DNA from: Desulfatiglandales bacterium
GTDB taxonomy: Bacteria > Desulfobacterota > DSM-4660 > Desulfatiglandales > Desulfatiglandaceae
Length of the DNA: 64,000 bases
NCBI GenBank assembly: GCA_963662465.1
Contig: OY759599.1
Span: forward strand, 5,184,001-5,248,000
Reading direction: 5' to 3'
Made by a program: the position numbers and the translations under genes. The notes under the pieces were generated by a model. The model did no database searches and was not told the DNA's origin. It was given only the letters and a program-made list of their open reading frames with translations. Shown here piece after piece: positions 38,684-48,841 of the stretch. Each line of letters starts with the position of its first letter. Within the stretch, counting starts at the first letter, position 1.

Positions 38684-39991
38684 ATGACAACAGAACAAAA
38701 AATTGTTAGTGAGAAAAACTTTGCCGGCATCCTAGATCCCTTTGCCGGGCCTTTTCTTTCCCTGTCGCACCATTCAAACGCATCAACGGACGATGGAAAT
38801 TCCAAACACCTGCACATGGGCTTTTTAGCCAATGTGATCAAACATGCGTCCGATGTGGAACACCTGCTGGACCGGTATCGAGCCCGGTATAACCTAAACT
38901 GGGTCTATTTTCGAGAACTCACGGCGACCGCTAAAAATTTTGGAAAAGCCGCTTTCCTCCTGGAAGAACTCATAAAAAACTTAAACCGGGAAGATGTTAT
39001 CATCCAGGAAAAAGATGATTTTATTCAGAAGGCTGAAACCGCATCTCTCTTTTTGAACGAAGTCCTTGTGGCTGTTTTTTCGGAACTGCAATCAGAAGCT
39101 CTGAGACGGGGTCTTTCGATTCCGGAAGAGAACCCGCTTTCCACTTATGGCCTCAAATTTCAAAAGGAGGTGATTCTTCCCCATACCATCGAAGAATCAG
39201 CCGATTCCGAGATAGGCTTTACCACCCAGAAAATTCTCTATCGATATGTGGCCTTTGAAGAAGACTCCCGTTTCCTTGAAACGATCATTCGGTCAAAAGG
39301 TCGCGGCCTGGCTTCTCAAATTCCCCGCTTTATCAACGAAGGAAAATTAAGGCGTCTGGGAACCCGTCTGCACAACCTGGTGTCCTGGTACGATTCCTAT
39401 GTAGTGAACCACAGTATTGAAAGGGAGTTTCCGGAACTCAAAAAAATGCGCGAAAGTTTTTCGGTGCAGCTGAATCTTTCTAAAATAGGAACAATTCTGG
39501 CCCATTATTTTGAGAGACATCTCATGACCCCGTCGCCGGCTGTGAACAAGCTGAAGGACATTGTCCCTGCCGACAGACTGCTGGAAGAGGCTTTCTTTTT
39601 TACCCTTTACTACCTGGTGGCGTGTTTCCATTCCGCAAGGCGGGTTGCCGATGCCGTTTTACCCGGTATGCTGGAAGAGGTCACCTACGACCTTCCCATA
39701 CCCCAAAATCTCGGTTTCCATGCCCGCCCTTCAACCCTTGTGGCCAAGGTGGTTCAGCAGCATGGGGCTGACGTAAAAATGCTGGTGGATGACCAGACCT
39801 TTAATGCCGGCAGCATTCTGGAGTTGTTGAGCGCCGGCGGATACATTGTGACCAAAAGACTGGATCATGTTCAATTTCGCGGAGATAAACGCGCTTTGGA
39901 CGACCTCAAAATTCTGGCCGAATACAACTATGGCGAGACTGGAAATGGAAAGGCCGTGCCGCTTCCCGAGAGCCTTTTCTACCTGAAATAA
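38684..39991 (+). CDS. Protein with an unknown N-terminal helical domain and a C-terminal HPr phosphocarrier domain
   Basis: NLGFHARPSTLVAK (His15 site) and FNAGSILELL (Ser46 site) in the last ~100 aa. Confidence 0.8.
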   Translation: MTTEQKIVSEKNFAGILDPFAGPFLSLSHHSNASTDDGNSKHLHMGFLANVIKHASDVEHLLDRYRARYNLNWVYFRELTATAKNFGKAAFLLEELIKNLNREDVIIQEKDDFIQKAETASLFLNEVLVAVFSELQSEALRRGLSIPEENPLSTYGLKFQKEVILPHTIEESADSEIGFTTQKILYRYVAFEEDSRFLETIIRSKGRGLASQIPRFINEGKLRRLGTRLHNLVSWYDSYVVNHSIEREFPELKKMRESFSVQLNLSKIGTILAHYFERHLMTPSPAVNKLKDIVPADRLLEEAFFFTLYYLVACFHSARRVADAVLPGMLEEVTYDLPIPQNLGFHARPSTLVAKVVQQHGADVKMLVDDQTFNAGSILELLSAGGYIVTKRLDHVQFRGDKRALDDLKILAEYNYGETGNGKAVPLPESLFYLK

Positions 39992-40020
39992 GGGAGAACA
40001 CTTTCAATAACAGGGTAAAC

Positions 40021-40072
40021 AACGGCAAATACGCCATCTACGGCGTTCAGTTTCCGTTCCGGTTTTATTTTT
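40021..40072 (+). terminator. Possible terminator between convergent genes
   Basis: Imperfect stem AACGG..ACGCC/GGCGT..CCGTT followed by a T-rich tract. Confidence 0.35.
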
Positions 40073-40099
40073 CAGGCCAAGTCAAAAAACCACCCATCC

Positions 40100-41743
40100 T
40101 CATGCCATATGGACGCTGACCTGCTGAAAGGGAATAACCCAGTTATGTTGATTGCAGGCCTCCACGCAGATTTTTTGAATAGCCCTTTCCAACACCCAGT
40201 ATTCTGAACCGGCGTTTCCATTGAATTCGGCCAGAATAGCCACATCCAGGGAAGAAGCGCCGGCTTCCTTGAACTCCACGCGAATACGCTGGATAAGGTC
40301 GCCGTATCCAGCCTCTGTGAGCCCATCCACGACGGCTTTCTGAATAATTTTAGGAATCTCAACGGTGGAGATGCCCTGGTGCCGGTAATCCAGACCGAAT
40401 ATGCCCGTCAACCGGTAGCCGTTGGAAAGATTGGTGGGCGATTGGGTAAGATAATCGGAAGTAGCGTAATATTTCAAGGCACTGCCCTTCAGCTGGAGGG
40501 TCACCATTTCCGGGGTCTGGGCTGCCACCTTGCCATAAGTCCCGTCCGCCAGCCGCACCCAGTCTCCACGCCTGGAAGGGAACCAGGGCTCGTTCTCGAT
40601 GGCGGGCCGGGATCGAAGCGCCAGAAGATCATTAATGCGCAACCGAATAAAACCGTTTTCAAGGGCTTTATTTTCAAGCTTGGAGTTCATATTGATGGAG
40701 GCTACTTCGTATGGAATTCCTTTGTAAACAACCACTTCCCCTTCTCTTACGGCGCCAAAATTCAACATCAACGCCACCTGGTTCCAGAATCGGGGAAACG
40801 CCTGCTTGGATGCCCAGACAATCCCCATAACAAATATGATGGCCAGAGACAAAAGGAACCAGTCTCCCATAAAATACAGGGTTCCCAATAGAACAAACGC
40901 CGACAAGGCCACCGTAAACAGGGTATAAAACAGGTCAAAAATCCGAACGGTAAAAGATCGTCCCTTTTTATGGAGAGGGCCGATGCGAAAAATCAATTTA
41001 TGAAAATAGTGCAGTGCCACCCACACAAAGGCAAAAGCAAAAAACGCCAGAAACAGATTGAGCCCCCTGCTCTTGAAAAAAACCCCAACATCCTGAAAAG
41101 ATCGTGCGATGGATTTTTTTCGGCCCAATGCCTTTTCCAAGGCCTTTTCCGAAACGACCATTCGGGTTTTTATTTCGGTTTCCTTGTTTTCCCAAGCCCG
41201 TATCAATTGCCCCAGCCTTTCCGTCAGTTGCGGATTGCTGGTATCGGATACAAGGGCCAGCAACCTGGTCTGGGCCGTTTGAACAATTTGAAGCTGAGCA
41301 TCATACTGGGCCATCTCGTTTCTCAAGGCCTCAATCTTTCGAGGCCGGGATGTCATTTTTTTGACCTCGCTCATAAGGGGGGCAAGGAATTCCGTCAGTT
41401 CCCGATTCCAATTGACTTCCTGGTCTTTCTCTTCCTCAAGGGTACACAGCCCCACACCTGCGCTTAATCGTTCAAAACTGCCTTCCATGACTCGCAGCTT
41501 CATTTCAAATTCATCCAACTTGGACCGCAGTTCTTTTTCCCTGCCAATCCCATCAGGGCCCTGCATAACTTCCCGGGTGGCGGAAATCATCCTTGACAGG
41601 TTGCTCATGGATTGAACAAGCCCTTCAAGGTTGCGAATAGTCGGCTGAATATCCACCTCGGAAGCCGTTGCCGGTAAAAACGGCAACGGCACCACCCAAA
41701 CGAAAAAGAGCAGAAAAAACAAGAACAAAAAGATTCTTTTCAT
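40100..41743 (-). CDS. MscS-like mechanosensitive channel with a periplasmic coiled-coil N-terminus
   Basis: Signal peptide, coiled coil, 3 TM, 'GAVREGE', 'RRGDWV', C-terminal IPFQQ. Confidence 0.65.
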   Translation of the reverse strand: MKRIFLFLFFLLFFVWVVPLPFLPATASEVDIQPTIRNLEGLVQSMSNLSRMISATREVMQGPDGIGREKELRSKLDEFEMKLRVMEGSFERLSAGVGLCTLEEEKDQEVNWNRELTEFLAPLMSEVKKMTSRPRKIEALRNEMAQYDAQLQIVQTAQTRLLALVSDTSNPQLTERLGQLIRAWENKETEIKTRMVVSEKALEKALGRKKSIARSFQDVGVFFKSRGLNLFLAFFAFAFVWVALHYFHKLIFRIGPLHKKGRSFTVRIFDLFYTLFTVALSAFVLLGTLYFMGDWFLLSLAIIFVMGIVWASKQAFPRFWNQVALMLNFGAVREGEVVVYKGIPYEVASINMNSKLENKALENGFIRLRINDLLALRSRPAIENEPWFPSRRGDWVRLADGTYGKVAAQTPEMVTLQLKGSALKYYATSDYLTQSPTNLSNGYRLTGIFGLDYRHQGISTVEIPKIIQKAVVDGLTEAGYGDLIQRIRVEFKEAGASSLDVAILAEFNGNAGSEYWVLERAIQKICVEACNQHNWVIPFQQVSVHMA

Positions 41744-41798
41744 GGGATATCACCTGATTTTCAACCATTCGGTTTCCTAAAACCGAAAAGAAATACCG

Positions 41799-42035
41799 CT
41801 ACTTCCCAATGGTCACACTATCGTCCGCAACCAAATCCCTGGCGCCGGCCTTCAGGAGCGCGGGATTTAGAAACAGCTCCGACTTTTTTGATCCTCTGGC
41901 ATCGATAAAGGTATCATCAAGGGTCATCTGGGTTTTTTTCAAAATCTTAATACTGCTATCCATCAGGATGAAATGGTAATTCAAAACGCCGTAAACACCG
42001 GCGGCCACAATAATCAGAAAAAAAAGTTTTTTCAT
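41799..42035 (-). CDS. Small hypothetical membrane-anchored protein
   Basis: GAGG SD; N-terminal hydrophobic helix. Confidence 0.65.
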   Translation of the reverse strand: MKKLFFLIIVAAGVYGVLNYHFILMDSSIKILKKTQMTLDDTFIDARGSKKSELFLNPALLKAGARDLVADDSVTIGK

Positions 42036-42106
42036 AGGAAGAACCTCATTTCAGTGAGAAAGCGCGAAAAGTTGCCATTGCCTTGGAAATCTTCGGCAAG
42101 CTCAGC

Positions 42107-42733
42107 TCACTCCTTTGTCATCACAATCTCAACCCGGCGGTTAAACTGCTTGTTCTTTCCTGAAGTATTGGGTTTTAGGGGCATGCTTTCTCCATAACCT
42201 ATTACCTTCAGTCGGTCCGGCGAAATATTGTAATGATCAATTAAATATTTTTTAACGGCTCCCGCCCGATTCAGGCTCAACCGAAGATTGTATTTGTCCT
42301 TTCCATCGGAATCCGTATGCCCGTTGATAGTCATGATTCTCTCACGCAGGCGAGGATCGGAGAGCGCCTTTCCCAATTCATCCAGGAGATTGAAAGATCC
42401 CGGTCGAATGGTAAAACTGTTGACGTCGAACTCAATTTTGAGATTAACAAAACCGCCGATCCTTTTTTCCGGAGTGTTGACGGTCTCCCATACTTCAACC
42501 CCTTTTTCCTTTTTCAACACCTTAATGGACCGGGTTTTTTTCTCTGGTTTTCCGGGGACGTTCAAAGGTTCCCAGCCTTCCTCGCTTTTTGACTGGTGAC
42601 GGCTGCTTTGATCAGGCTTAAGAAGACTTTCGGTAATCCCTCCGGAAGTTGTTTCAAAACCGTCCTCCGCACACAGATAACTGCTCGTGAAAAGCAAAAA
42701 AATAGATGCCGCCAGCAGAATTGTTTTTGCCAT
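42107..42733 (-). CDS. OmpA/MotB C-terminal-like peptidoglycan-binding protein
   Basis: Signal peptide; IEFDVNS, GHTD..G...YN..LS..RA..V, GYGE..P, NRRVEI; start ATG 42733. Confidence 0.9.
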   Translation of the reverse strand: MAKTILLAASIFLLFTSSYLCAEDGFETTSGGITESLLKPDQSSRHQSKSEEGWEPLNVPGKPEKKTRSIKVLKKEKGVEVWETVNTPEKRIGGFVNLKIEFDVNSFTIRPGSFNLLDELGKALSDPRLRERIMTINGHTDSDGKDKYNLRLSLNRAGAVKKYLIDHYNISPDRLKVIGYGESMPLKPNTSGKNKQFNRRVEIVMTKE

Positions 42734-43018
42734 GTCATCCCCCCTCCATATTTTGCCGGATATCACCATTTAAGATAGATGCCTATATTTCGCTTTTTCA
42801 TTTTTTATTGTCAAGTCCGTAAATCAAAACACACAGGTTTACTCTCAAAACATTGTTTTAGGGAATTATTGGGATGGTTTTTGTTGATATTCCTATTCAG
42901 GTGTCATAAAATTGCTACTGTTCGCTAAAAAATGACGTTATAAAACACACCGATATCTGAATGAAAATTAAAACATTTTTTAATTAACCAATCTTGAATA
43001 AAAATTAAGGAGGAGAAA

Positions 43019-44170
43019 ATGGAAAAAAGAGGCAAAATTCAGTTTTTCTTACTATTTTCATGGCTGGTCTTTCTGTCGATGGCAACCACGAGCTGGGCCA
43101 TTGAAACCACCAGTATTGGGGAAGGGCAAACCCGTCAGGAAGCCATCAACAACGGAATCCGGGTTGCCGTCGAGCAGGCGTTGGGAACCCTGGTCAAATC
43201 AGACACCCAGGTCAGTCAGGGAAAACTCGTATGGGACAGAATCGCATCTGCCAGCGCCGGCTACGTTAAAGACTACAAAGTGCTGGCGGAAGGAAAAGAC
43301 CCTGTCACGGACGTCTATAAAGTGAAGCTGGCCGTCAATGTTGACGACTACAAATTGAAAGGCGCCGTGGATGATTTCCTGAAAGATCCCAAGCAGCAGC
43401 AGATCTTTCAGGAAACCAAATTCGACGAACGAAAAGTCATCGTGGTCTATCAACCCCAAACCGGTTTTGACCTGCCTTACGACTCCAAAGGAGTTCAGAC
43501 CATTATGGGACTGGTTCAGGACAAATTGGCGGCGCACCGCTTCCGGGTATTCTTACCGGAACAGATTAAACGGATTAAAGGCAAAAGCGCTGAAATGGTC
43601 GTGGACGAGGAAACCGCCATTGAAATCGGCCGACAGGAAACCGGCGACTGCGTTGTGATCGTCAGCCTTGACGGCGCCAAGAGGCCCACTAACGACGGTT
43701 TTTTTCTCTTGATGTGCACATTGAATCTGAGAGCCTTTGATACGACAACGGGGGCGCTGTTCGCGAATGTTCAGGACAGGGACAAAACCATCAGCCGTGG
43801 GGGCGATTACGCCATTCAAGACGGCATATCACGGGCAGCCATCAAAATAGGGCCGCGGGCCGTGGAAAACCTGGTTAAGAAAATCGTCAAAAGGTTCAGT
43901 GGTCCCAAATATATAACCCTTATTCTCAAAAACATCTCCAGGAAAAACCAGAACCAAATGGAGGATATCCTGGATGAACTGGGCTGGAGAGTTCGCGTTG
44001 CCCGGCAAACCGGAAATTATATCGAATTCGAGATCATCGGCGAAGCCGACCCTTCCTCCGTCAGGAAGATTGTACGAAAAGAAATTCAGAAGGCTGGACT
44101 GCCTTTAAAAGCAGGTGAAAAAGTCGGGAGTCGGATTACATTTGACGGAGAAGCAACGGGGGGATATTAG
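43019..44170 (+). CDS. Exported protein with a FlgT-N-like domain and a CsgG/TolB_N-like domain
   Basis: Signal peptide; 'EAINNGIRVAVEQALGTLVKS...SAGYVKDYKVL'; 'LNLRAFDTTTGALFA'; strong SD AAGGAGG. Confidence 0.6.
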   Translation: MEKRGKIQFFLLFSWLVFLSMATTSWAIETTSIGEGQTRQEAINNGIRVAVEQALGTLVKSDTQVSQGKLVWDRIASASAGYVKDYKVLAEGKDPVTDVYKVKLAVNVDDYKLKGAVDDFLKDPKQQQIFQETKFDERKVIVVYQPQTGFDLPYDSKGVQTIMGLVQDKLAAHRFRVFLPEQIKRIKGKSAEMVVDEETAIEIGRQETGDCVVIVSLDGAKRPTNDGFFLLMCTLNLRAFDTTTGALFANVQDRDKTISRGGDYAIQDGISRAAIKIGPRAVENLVKKIVKRFSGPKYITLILKNISRKNQNQMEDILDELGWRVRVARQTGNYIEFEIIGEADPSSVRKIVRKEIQKAGLPLKAGEKVGSRITFDGEATGGY

Positions 44171-44171
44171 A

Positions 44172-45140
44172 ATGAAACGTTACCCGCATGCGAAGTCGGC
44201 ATTATTTTTTTTCCTGTTCCTGACATCCTGCGTATCCACGGGGCCCTCCAGCACGGGAGCGCTGGTTAAGGTTTACCGACCCAATACCGAAACTGCGTCC
44301 CTGGCCTGCTCAACACCTCAAAGCAAGGGGATGTCCTTTATGTATGTGGGTCCTGAAACCATTTCCGGGCAGGTGACCCCAAAAGAAAAAAAACTGATCA
44401 CCCAATTCGCCCGCGCAGTTCTCAGCGAAACCCGGGTTATCAACCCCATCGGAATTCCACCCATGGAAGGAGAATACCCGAACCTCTCCATTGACGTGCT
44501 TGAATTGTCCGTGACCACCCAGAAAGGAAAAAACCGAATTACCCGGAAGGGCGCTTTTCAGGCCAACATCAATATTCGGCAGATGGGGCTTATCGACTGC
44601 GCAACCACTGAACCCATTTCAATCGACAAGCAATATGAAACCCCATGTTATAAGGCTGAAACCCTTCTTTCCGAACGGAATATTAAGGAAAAGATGATCA
44701 AAGAGGCCATCCGCCACGCTGTCAGGCAGTTTGTGCCGGTGAAACGCACGGTGCTTCGCCCCGTGAAAACCGGAGGCGGAGACATGGTGGAAAATTCAGC
44801 CCGGATGATTGACGGAGGGAATTGCCGAGGGGCTTATGAAGCCATCAAACCCATTGTGAAAAGCCCTGACTGTAAAAATGCCGACTTGCTCTATAACGCC
44901 GGCGTTGCCGTAGAGTGCATGGCCTGGAAAGGGGCGATCAATCAGAAAATTCAAACCCGTTATCTTCAGGAAGCGGAAAAATACTACCGGAAAGCCGCCA
45001 TGTTGGCGCCCGAGGATGGCGATATGCAGAAAGCCAGTCGTGAGGTCTCCTACGAGGTGGAAACATTCTTTGTTTCCAGCGAAGCGCAGAATAACACACG
45101 GCAAGAACGAGATAAGTATAAAGCCCCTACCGGTTATTAG
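44172..45140 (+). CDS. Hypothetical lipoprotein with a C-terminal TPR
   Basis: Lipobox LTSC; 'LLYNAGVA..', 'AEKYYRKAAMLAP'; start ATG 44172. Confidence 0.7.
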   Translation: MKRYPHAKSALFFFLFLTSCVSTGPSSTGALVKVYRPNTETASLACSTPQSKGMSFMYVGPETISGQVTPKEKKLITQFARAVLSETRVINPIGIPPMEGEYPNLSIDVLELSVTTQKGKNRITRKGAFQANINIRQMGLIDCATTEPISIDKQYETPCYKAETLLSERNIKEKMIKEAIRHAVRQFVPVKRTVLRPVKTGGGDMVENSARMIDGGNCRGAYEAIKPIVKSPDCKNADLLYNAGVAVECMAWKGAINQKIQTRYLQEAEKYYRKAAMLAPEDGDMQKASREVSYEVETFFVSSEAQNNTRQERDKYKAPTGY

Positions 45141-45207
45141 AGACGGCGTGAAACATTTAACGAGGTTGTAAATGCGCTTATCACCACTCAAAAAAAGGTA
45201 AATTGAA

Positions 45208-46539
45208 ATGAAAAATTTCACCTGTTTATTTATGGCCCTGTTGCTTTTTTCGGGGTGTATGAAGGTCATTGAAGGCACAACCGGCATCGAAATTTCAAAA
45301 AATACCAATCCGGTCATGGAGCTGGAAATGGATCTGGTGTTTCTGGACGAACTGGCGGCCCTGACCAAGTTGAATCAGATTATCCTGGAGCGGGTCCCCA
45401 TCTCTTTGGACGATCAATGGCCGGCCCTGCTGAATGACTATTCCGCCAACCCCCGGGAAGGGGAGACAGAACGATACGAGGCATACAAAGCATGTCTGAC
45501 GGAACTCCTGAAGCAGGATTTTAGTTTTTACGGCAATTACAATCCATCCATGTATTTTAATCTTTTAAGCGGCAGCAGCACCGGCATTCAGGCCCTGCTG
45601 GCCCAGGGTCTGATTGCCGCCCGCAATACCCTGATCATGAACGGGGCTGAGGAAATGGGACGAAAGTATGAACATGGAAAATGGGTGATCAGCTATTTCC
45701 CCTTCGGCTGTAAATGCCCTTTTTACAGCTCGAGATTCGAACACCTTGTGCCGGGATGCAGTGAATGCAGGCAGGCCGGCAGGAGAACCGATTGCCCGTT
45801 CTTCAGCCGACCAACGGAAGAAATGCTCTACGAGTATCTGCTCGACAAGGGTGGTTTGGACGCATGGGAGGACCTGAAAATCTCCCCGAATTGCCTCCAT
45901 ATCGTGGAGGGAGAGAAACTGGGCCCCTTTAAAACGGTTTTCTATTCCCTTTTTCCCGATCATATCCGCGATGAAGCGGAGAAGGTGGATGCAGATCTGG
46001 CATCAGTGGAAACCGAACTTAAATTTACGCAGGAAAGACTCAAAGAAAAGGATCTGTCTTCAACCGAACAGATATCCCTTGAAAAGGAAGAGGACAACCT
46101 GGAAGCAGCGGTGAACAACCTTATTGTCGTTCAGAAAAAATTGTATGCTGCCGCCCTGTCAACTCTGGAACCGACGTCTGAAAAAATCATAAAGGCCAAA
46201 AGGCTGTTGGAGATCACCCGGTTCATCAATGAAGGCTTCGATGAAATTTCAACGGCCATGTTTGCCTTGACCGTCAAAATGACCGATGACATGATCGTTT
46301 TTTCACAACTGGGCTCCGTACAGATGAACAGCGACAGCATATCCCTGGCCAACGAGGGGGTTGCATCGAAGCCCATGTCCCGGGAAAGGGCCAAGCTCCT
46401 GACCCAAAGACTTACAAACCTGCCCGTCAACTACGCTTCGATTCTGGGTTATGCCATGACCCAGAAAAGTCTGGTAAACGAGTACAGCGACTATCTCGAA
46501 GCGGTGGCCGCCATGGAGGACAAATTAAAAAACCAATAA
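45208..46539 (+). CDS. Hypothetical helical lipoprotein with a Cys-rich insert and a coiled coil
   Basis: Lipobox FSGC; CKC..CSEC..C..C segment. Confidence 0.7.
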   Translation: MKNFTCLFMALLLFSGCMKVIEGTTGIEISKNTNPVMELEMDLVFLDELAALTKLNQIILERVPISLDDQWPALLNDYSANPREGETERYEAYKACLTELLKQDFSFYGNYNPSMYFNLLSGSSTGIQALLAQGLIAARNTLIMNGAEEMGRKYEHGKWVISYFPFGCKCPFYSSRFEHLVPGCSECRQAGRRTDCPFFSRPTEEMLYEYLLDKGGLDAWEDLKISPNCLHIVEGEKLGPFKTVFYSLFPDHIRDEAEKVDADLASVETELKFTQERLKEKDLSSTEQISLEKEEDNLEAAVNNLIVVQKKLYAAALSTLEPTSEKIIKAKRLLEITRFINEGFDEISTAMFALTVKMTDDMIVFSQLGSVQMNSDSISLANEGVASKPMSRERAKLLTQRLTNLPVNYASILGYAMTQKSLVNEYSDYLEAVAAMEDKLKNQ

Positions 46540-46577
46540 TTATAGTTTTTGAAATTCAAAATAAAGGAGGTAAAACA

Positions 46578-47780
46578 ATGCGAAGGGATTTTATACTATT
46601 GTTTTTTTTGAGTTTTGTCTGGCTGGCGGGCGGTTGCGCCACCCAGAAACTGACTCCCGTCTCGGACGAAGACAGCCCGGGGCACCATTATCTGATGGGA
46701 ATGGAGATGATCGACAAGGGAGATCTGAAGGAGGCTGAAGCCCGCTTTCAACGGGCGCTGAAGCTGGAACCGGAATACGCTCCAGCCCTAGCGGGTAGAG
46801 CCCTTTCAGCAGCCTGTCGTGCCGAAGCCGAAAGCGACGGGGAACACAAATCGGTGGAACTGGAAAGATCGCTAAATCTCCTGGATGATGCCGAGGACGA
46901 AGCAAAAGGAGATTCCCAGAAATTTATCGCCGGCGTCACCGGCATTCGGGTCTACACCCATGCAAAACCCAAGAAATGGATCAAAGACGCCGAAGATTGC
47001 TATGAAGACAGCATGGATCTGGATGAGGTCAATGTGGGGGAATTGCCCTACTATAGAAGCAAGGAGGCAGCTGCCTACTTCATGGGTAAAGCCCATTTCG
47101 CGGCCTATCAGTTCAGGGAATCGGAAGACATGCTGTCAAAGGTCTTATCGGCGCCGCCCGGTCGCTGGCATGCCCCCGCTGAAATGCTGTTTAAAAAAGT
47201 TCACAAAATTGTTCGGGCGTCCGCCGGTTTTACCCTTACAGACGTGGCCAAGAAAATCGCCGTAAAAGACAGGGTTTCCCGAGCGGATGTAGCAGCCCTG
47301 CTGGTGGATGAAATTCACCTGGACCGTTTTCTGGCCGGACGGATTCCCGTACCTCAAAAAAAAGACCCAGAGGCTTTTGTTCCCGCGGATGTACTTGGAA
47401 ATCTTTTCAAGCCCGAGATTCTCATCGTCGTAAAATGGGGACTGCGAGGGCTTGAACCTATTTATGACCAGACTTCCAGAGCCTATCTCTTTTACCCAAA
47501 CAAACCCATCAACAGAAAAGAACTGGCATTTGTTCTGGAAGACATACTGATCAAAATCACCGGGGATGAGGCAATCTCCACCAGGTATTATGGACAAACC
47601 AATTCGCCCTACCCTGACGTTCTTCCAACGTCTTCCTATTACAACGCGGTTACCAATTCGGTCACCCGGGGCCTCATGGAGCCTGATCTCTCAGGGGCTT
47701 TCAGGCCGGACGACAATACGGACGGAGCGGAATTGCTTCAGTCCGTCCTGCGGTTAAGAAATGCAATGAACATTCATTAG
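46578..47780 (+). CDS. TPR + SLH-domain lipoprotein
   Basis: Lipobox AGGC; TPRs; SLH motifs 'FYPNKPINRKELA', 'YPDV...RGLM...FRPDD'; SD AAGGAGGT. Confidence 0.8.
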   Translation: MRRDFILLFFLSFVWLAGGCATQKLTPVSDEDSPGHHYLMGMEMIDKGDLKEAEARFQRALKLEPEYAPALAGRALSAACRAEAESDGEHKSVELERSLNLLDDAEDEAKGDSQKFIAGVTGIRVYTHAKPKKWIKDAEDCYEDSMDLDEVNVGELPYYRSKEAAAYFMGKAHFAAYQFRESEDMLSKVLSAPPGRWHAPAEMLFKKVHKIVRASAGFTLTDVAKKIAVKDRVSRADVAALLVDEIHLDRFLAGRIPVPQKKDPEAFVPADVLGNLFKPEILIVVKWGLRGLEPIYDQTSRAYLFYPNKPINRKELAFVLEDILIKITGDEAISTRYYGQTNSPYPDVLPTSSYYNAVTNSVTRGLMEPDLSGAFRPDDNTDGAELLQSVLRLRNAMNIH

Positions 47781-47796
47781 AATAAGGAGATTTACC

Positions 47797-48768
47797 ATGA
47801 AAAAATTATTGGGTTCCATCGTGGTGTTTTTGACAATATTTGCTTTCATCCCGGGACTTTGGGCTGGGGATACCTGGCAAAGCGTAACCGAGCCCGCACA
47901 GGTTTTTGAAGAAGGTTATATCCAGGTCATCGGCATAAGCGAGGAAGGACAGAGTCGTTATAAAGCCCTAAGGGCGGCCACAGTGGTCGCCCAGCGAGAC
48001 CTGCTGGAAGTCATCGAGGGGCTTCGGCTCTCGGGGGAGACCACGGTAAAGGACGGCATGCTCCAATCCGACGATATTCGCACCAGCATCAATGGTTTTC
48101 TGAGAGGAGCGGTCAAGTGCGGTGAAAAATATCATAATGACAGACGGTACGGCGAAGTCTGCATGAAACTTCATATTCGCGGAAAAGGCGGATTGTATGA
48201 TGTAATTCTACCATTGATCAAAGAAAAAAAGATTCAAAAAGTGATGCCTGATCTGCCGCGGGACTACTACAAACCCCAAATGATCCCCAAAGTAGTGGGG
48301 ACCGAGGTTGTGGAGGAAGTGGTTCAGAAAGAGGTTCCGGAACCCGGGAACAAAATAGCGATCATTACGGAAAAAGTCACCGAGACCGCCGCGGTTGTCG
48401 AGGAGGTTCCGGTGGTTCCTCCCGTCATTATTTTTGACGGTCTTATCGTGGACGTTCGGGATTTCCAGTTCAGACCTGCCCTGGTCAACACCGTCGTTAC
48501 CGATGGAGACAAGGTCGTATTTGATCCGTCCAAGATATTGAGCGCCATCCTGGTGGAAAGAGGGTGCGGCGGGTTTACCACGGACCCCAACAAGGCCAAA
48601 GCACTGCTTGAGAGTTGGGGGAGTACAAAACCCATGATCGTCAAAGGGCTGGGAGTGGTCAAAATGACCAATGCCCAGGTCTCCTCGGACGATGCGGCCG
48701 CCATTTACCTGAGCGATCAAAAAAGCAACCTGCTGGCGCAGGCCAAGGTGGTTTTTCTTCTGAAATAG
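47797..48768 (+). CDS. LPP20/FlgP-like exported protein
   Basis: Signal peptide; 'ALRAATVVAQRDLLEVIEGLRLSGETTVKD..L.SD.I...I.GFLRGA'; C-terminal 'GLIVD...KVVFLL'. Confidence 0.7.
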   Translation: MKKLLGSIVVFLTIFAFIPGLWAGDTWQSVTEPAQVFEEGYIQVIGISEEGQSRYKALRAATVVAQRDLLEVIEGLRLSGETTVKDGMLQSDDIRTSINGFLRGAVKCGEKYHNDRRYGEVCMKLHIRGKGGLYDVILPLIKEKKIQKVMPDLPRDYYKPQMIPKVVGTEVVEEVVQKEVPEPGNKIAIITEKVTETAAVVEEVPVVPPVIIFDGLIVDVRDFQFRPALVNTVVTDGDKVVFDPSKILSAILVERGCGGFTTDPNKAKALLESWGSTKPMIVKGLGVVKMTNAQVSSDDAAAIYLSDQKSNLLAQAKVVFLLK

Positions 48769-48794
48769 GCCTGGCTAAGAACCCGGACTTGCCT

Positions 48795-48822
48795 GCCCGC
48801 CGGACTTGTTCCGGCGGGCTTT
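48795..48822 (+). terminator. Internal GC hairpin (partial terminator or stabiliser)
   Basis: GCCCGCCGGA-CTTGT-TCCGGCGGGC-TTT. Confidence 0.65.
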
Positions 48823-48841
48823 CCATAGCGGGGATAGAAAA

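Noticed and set aside
45750..45775. CSEC as a c-type heme site
   Set aside because: Followed by Arg, not His
43019..48768. Calling the envelope locus a flagellar or curli operon
   Set aside because: No flg/fli/mot or csgA/B/E/F genes in the window; only fold-level resemblance
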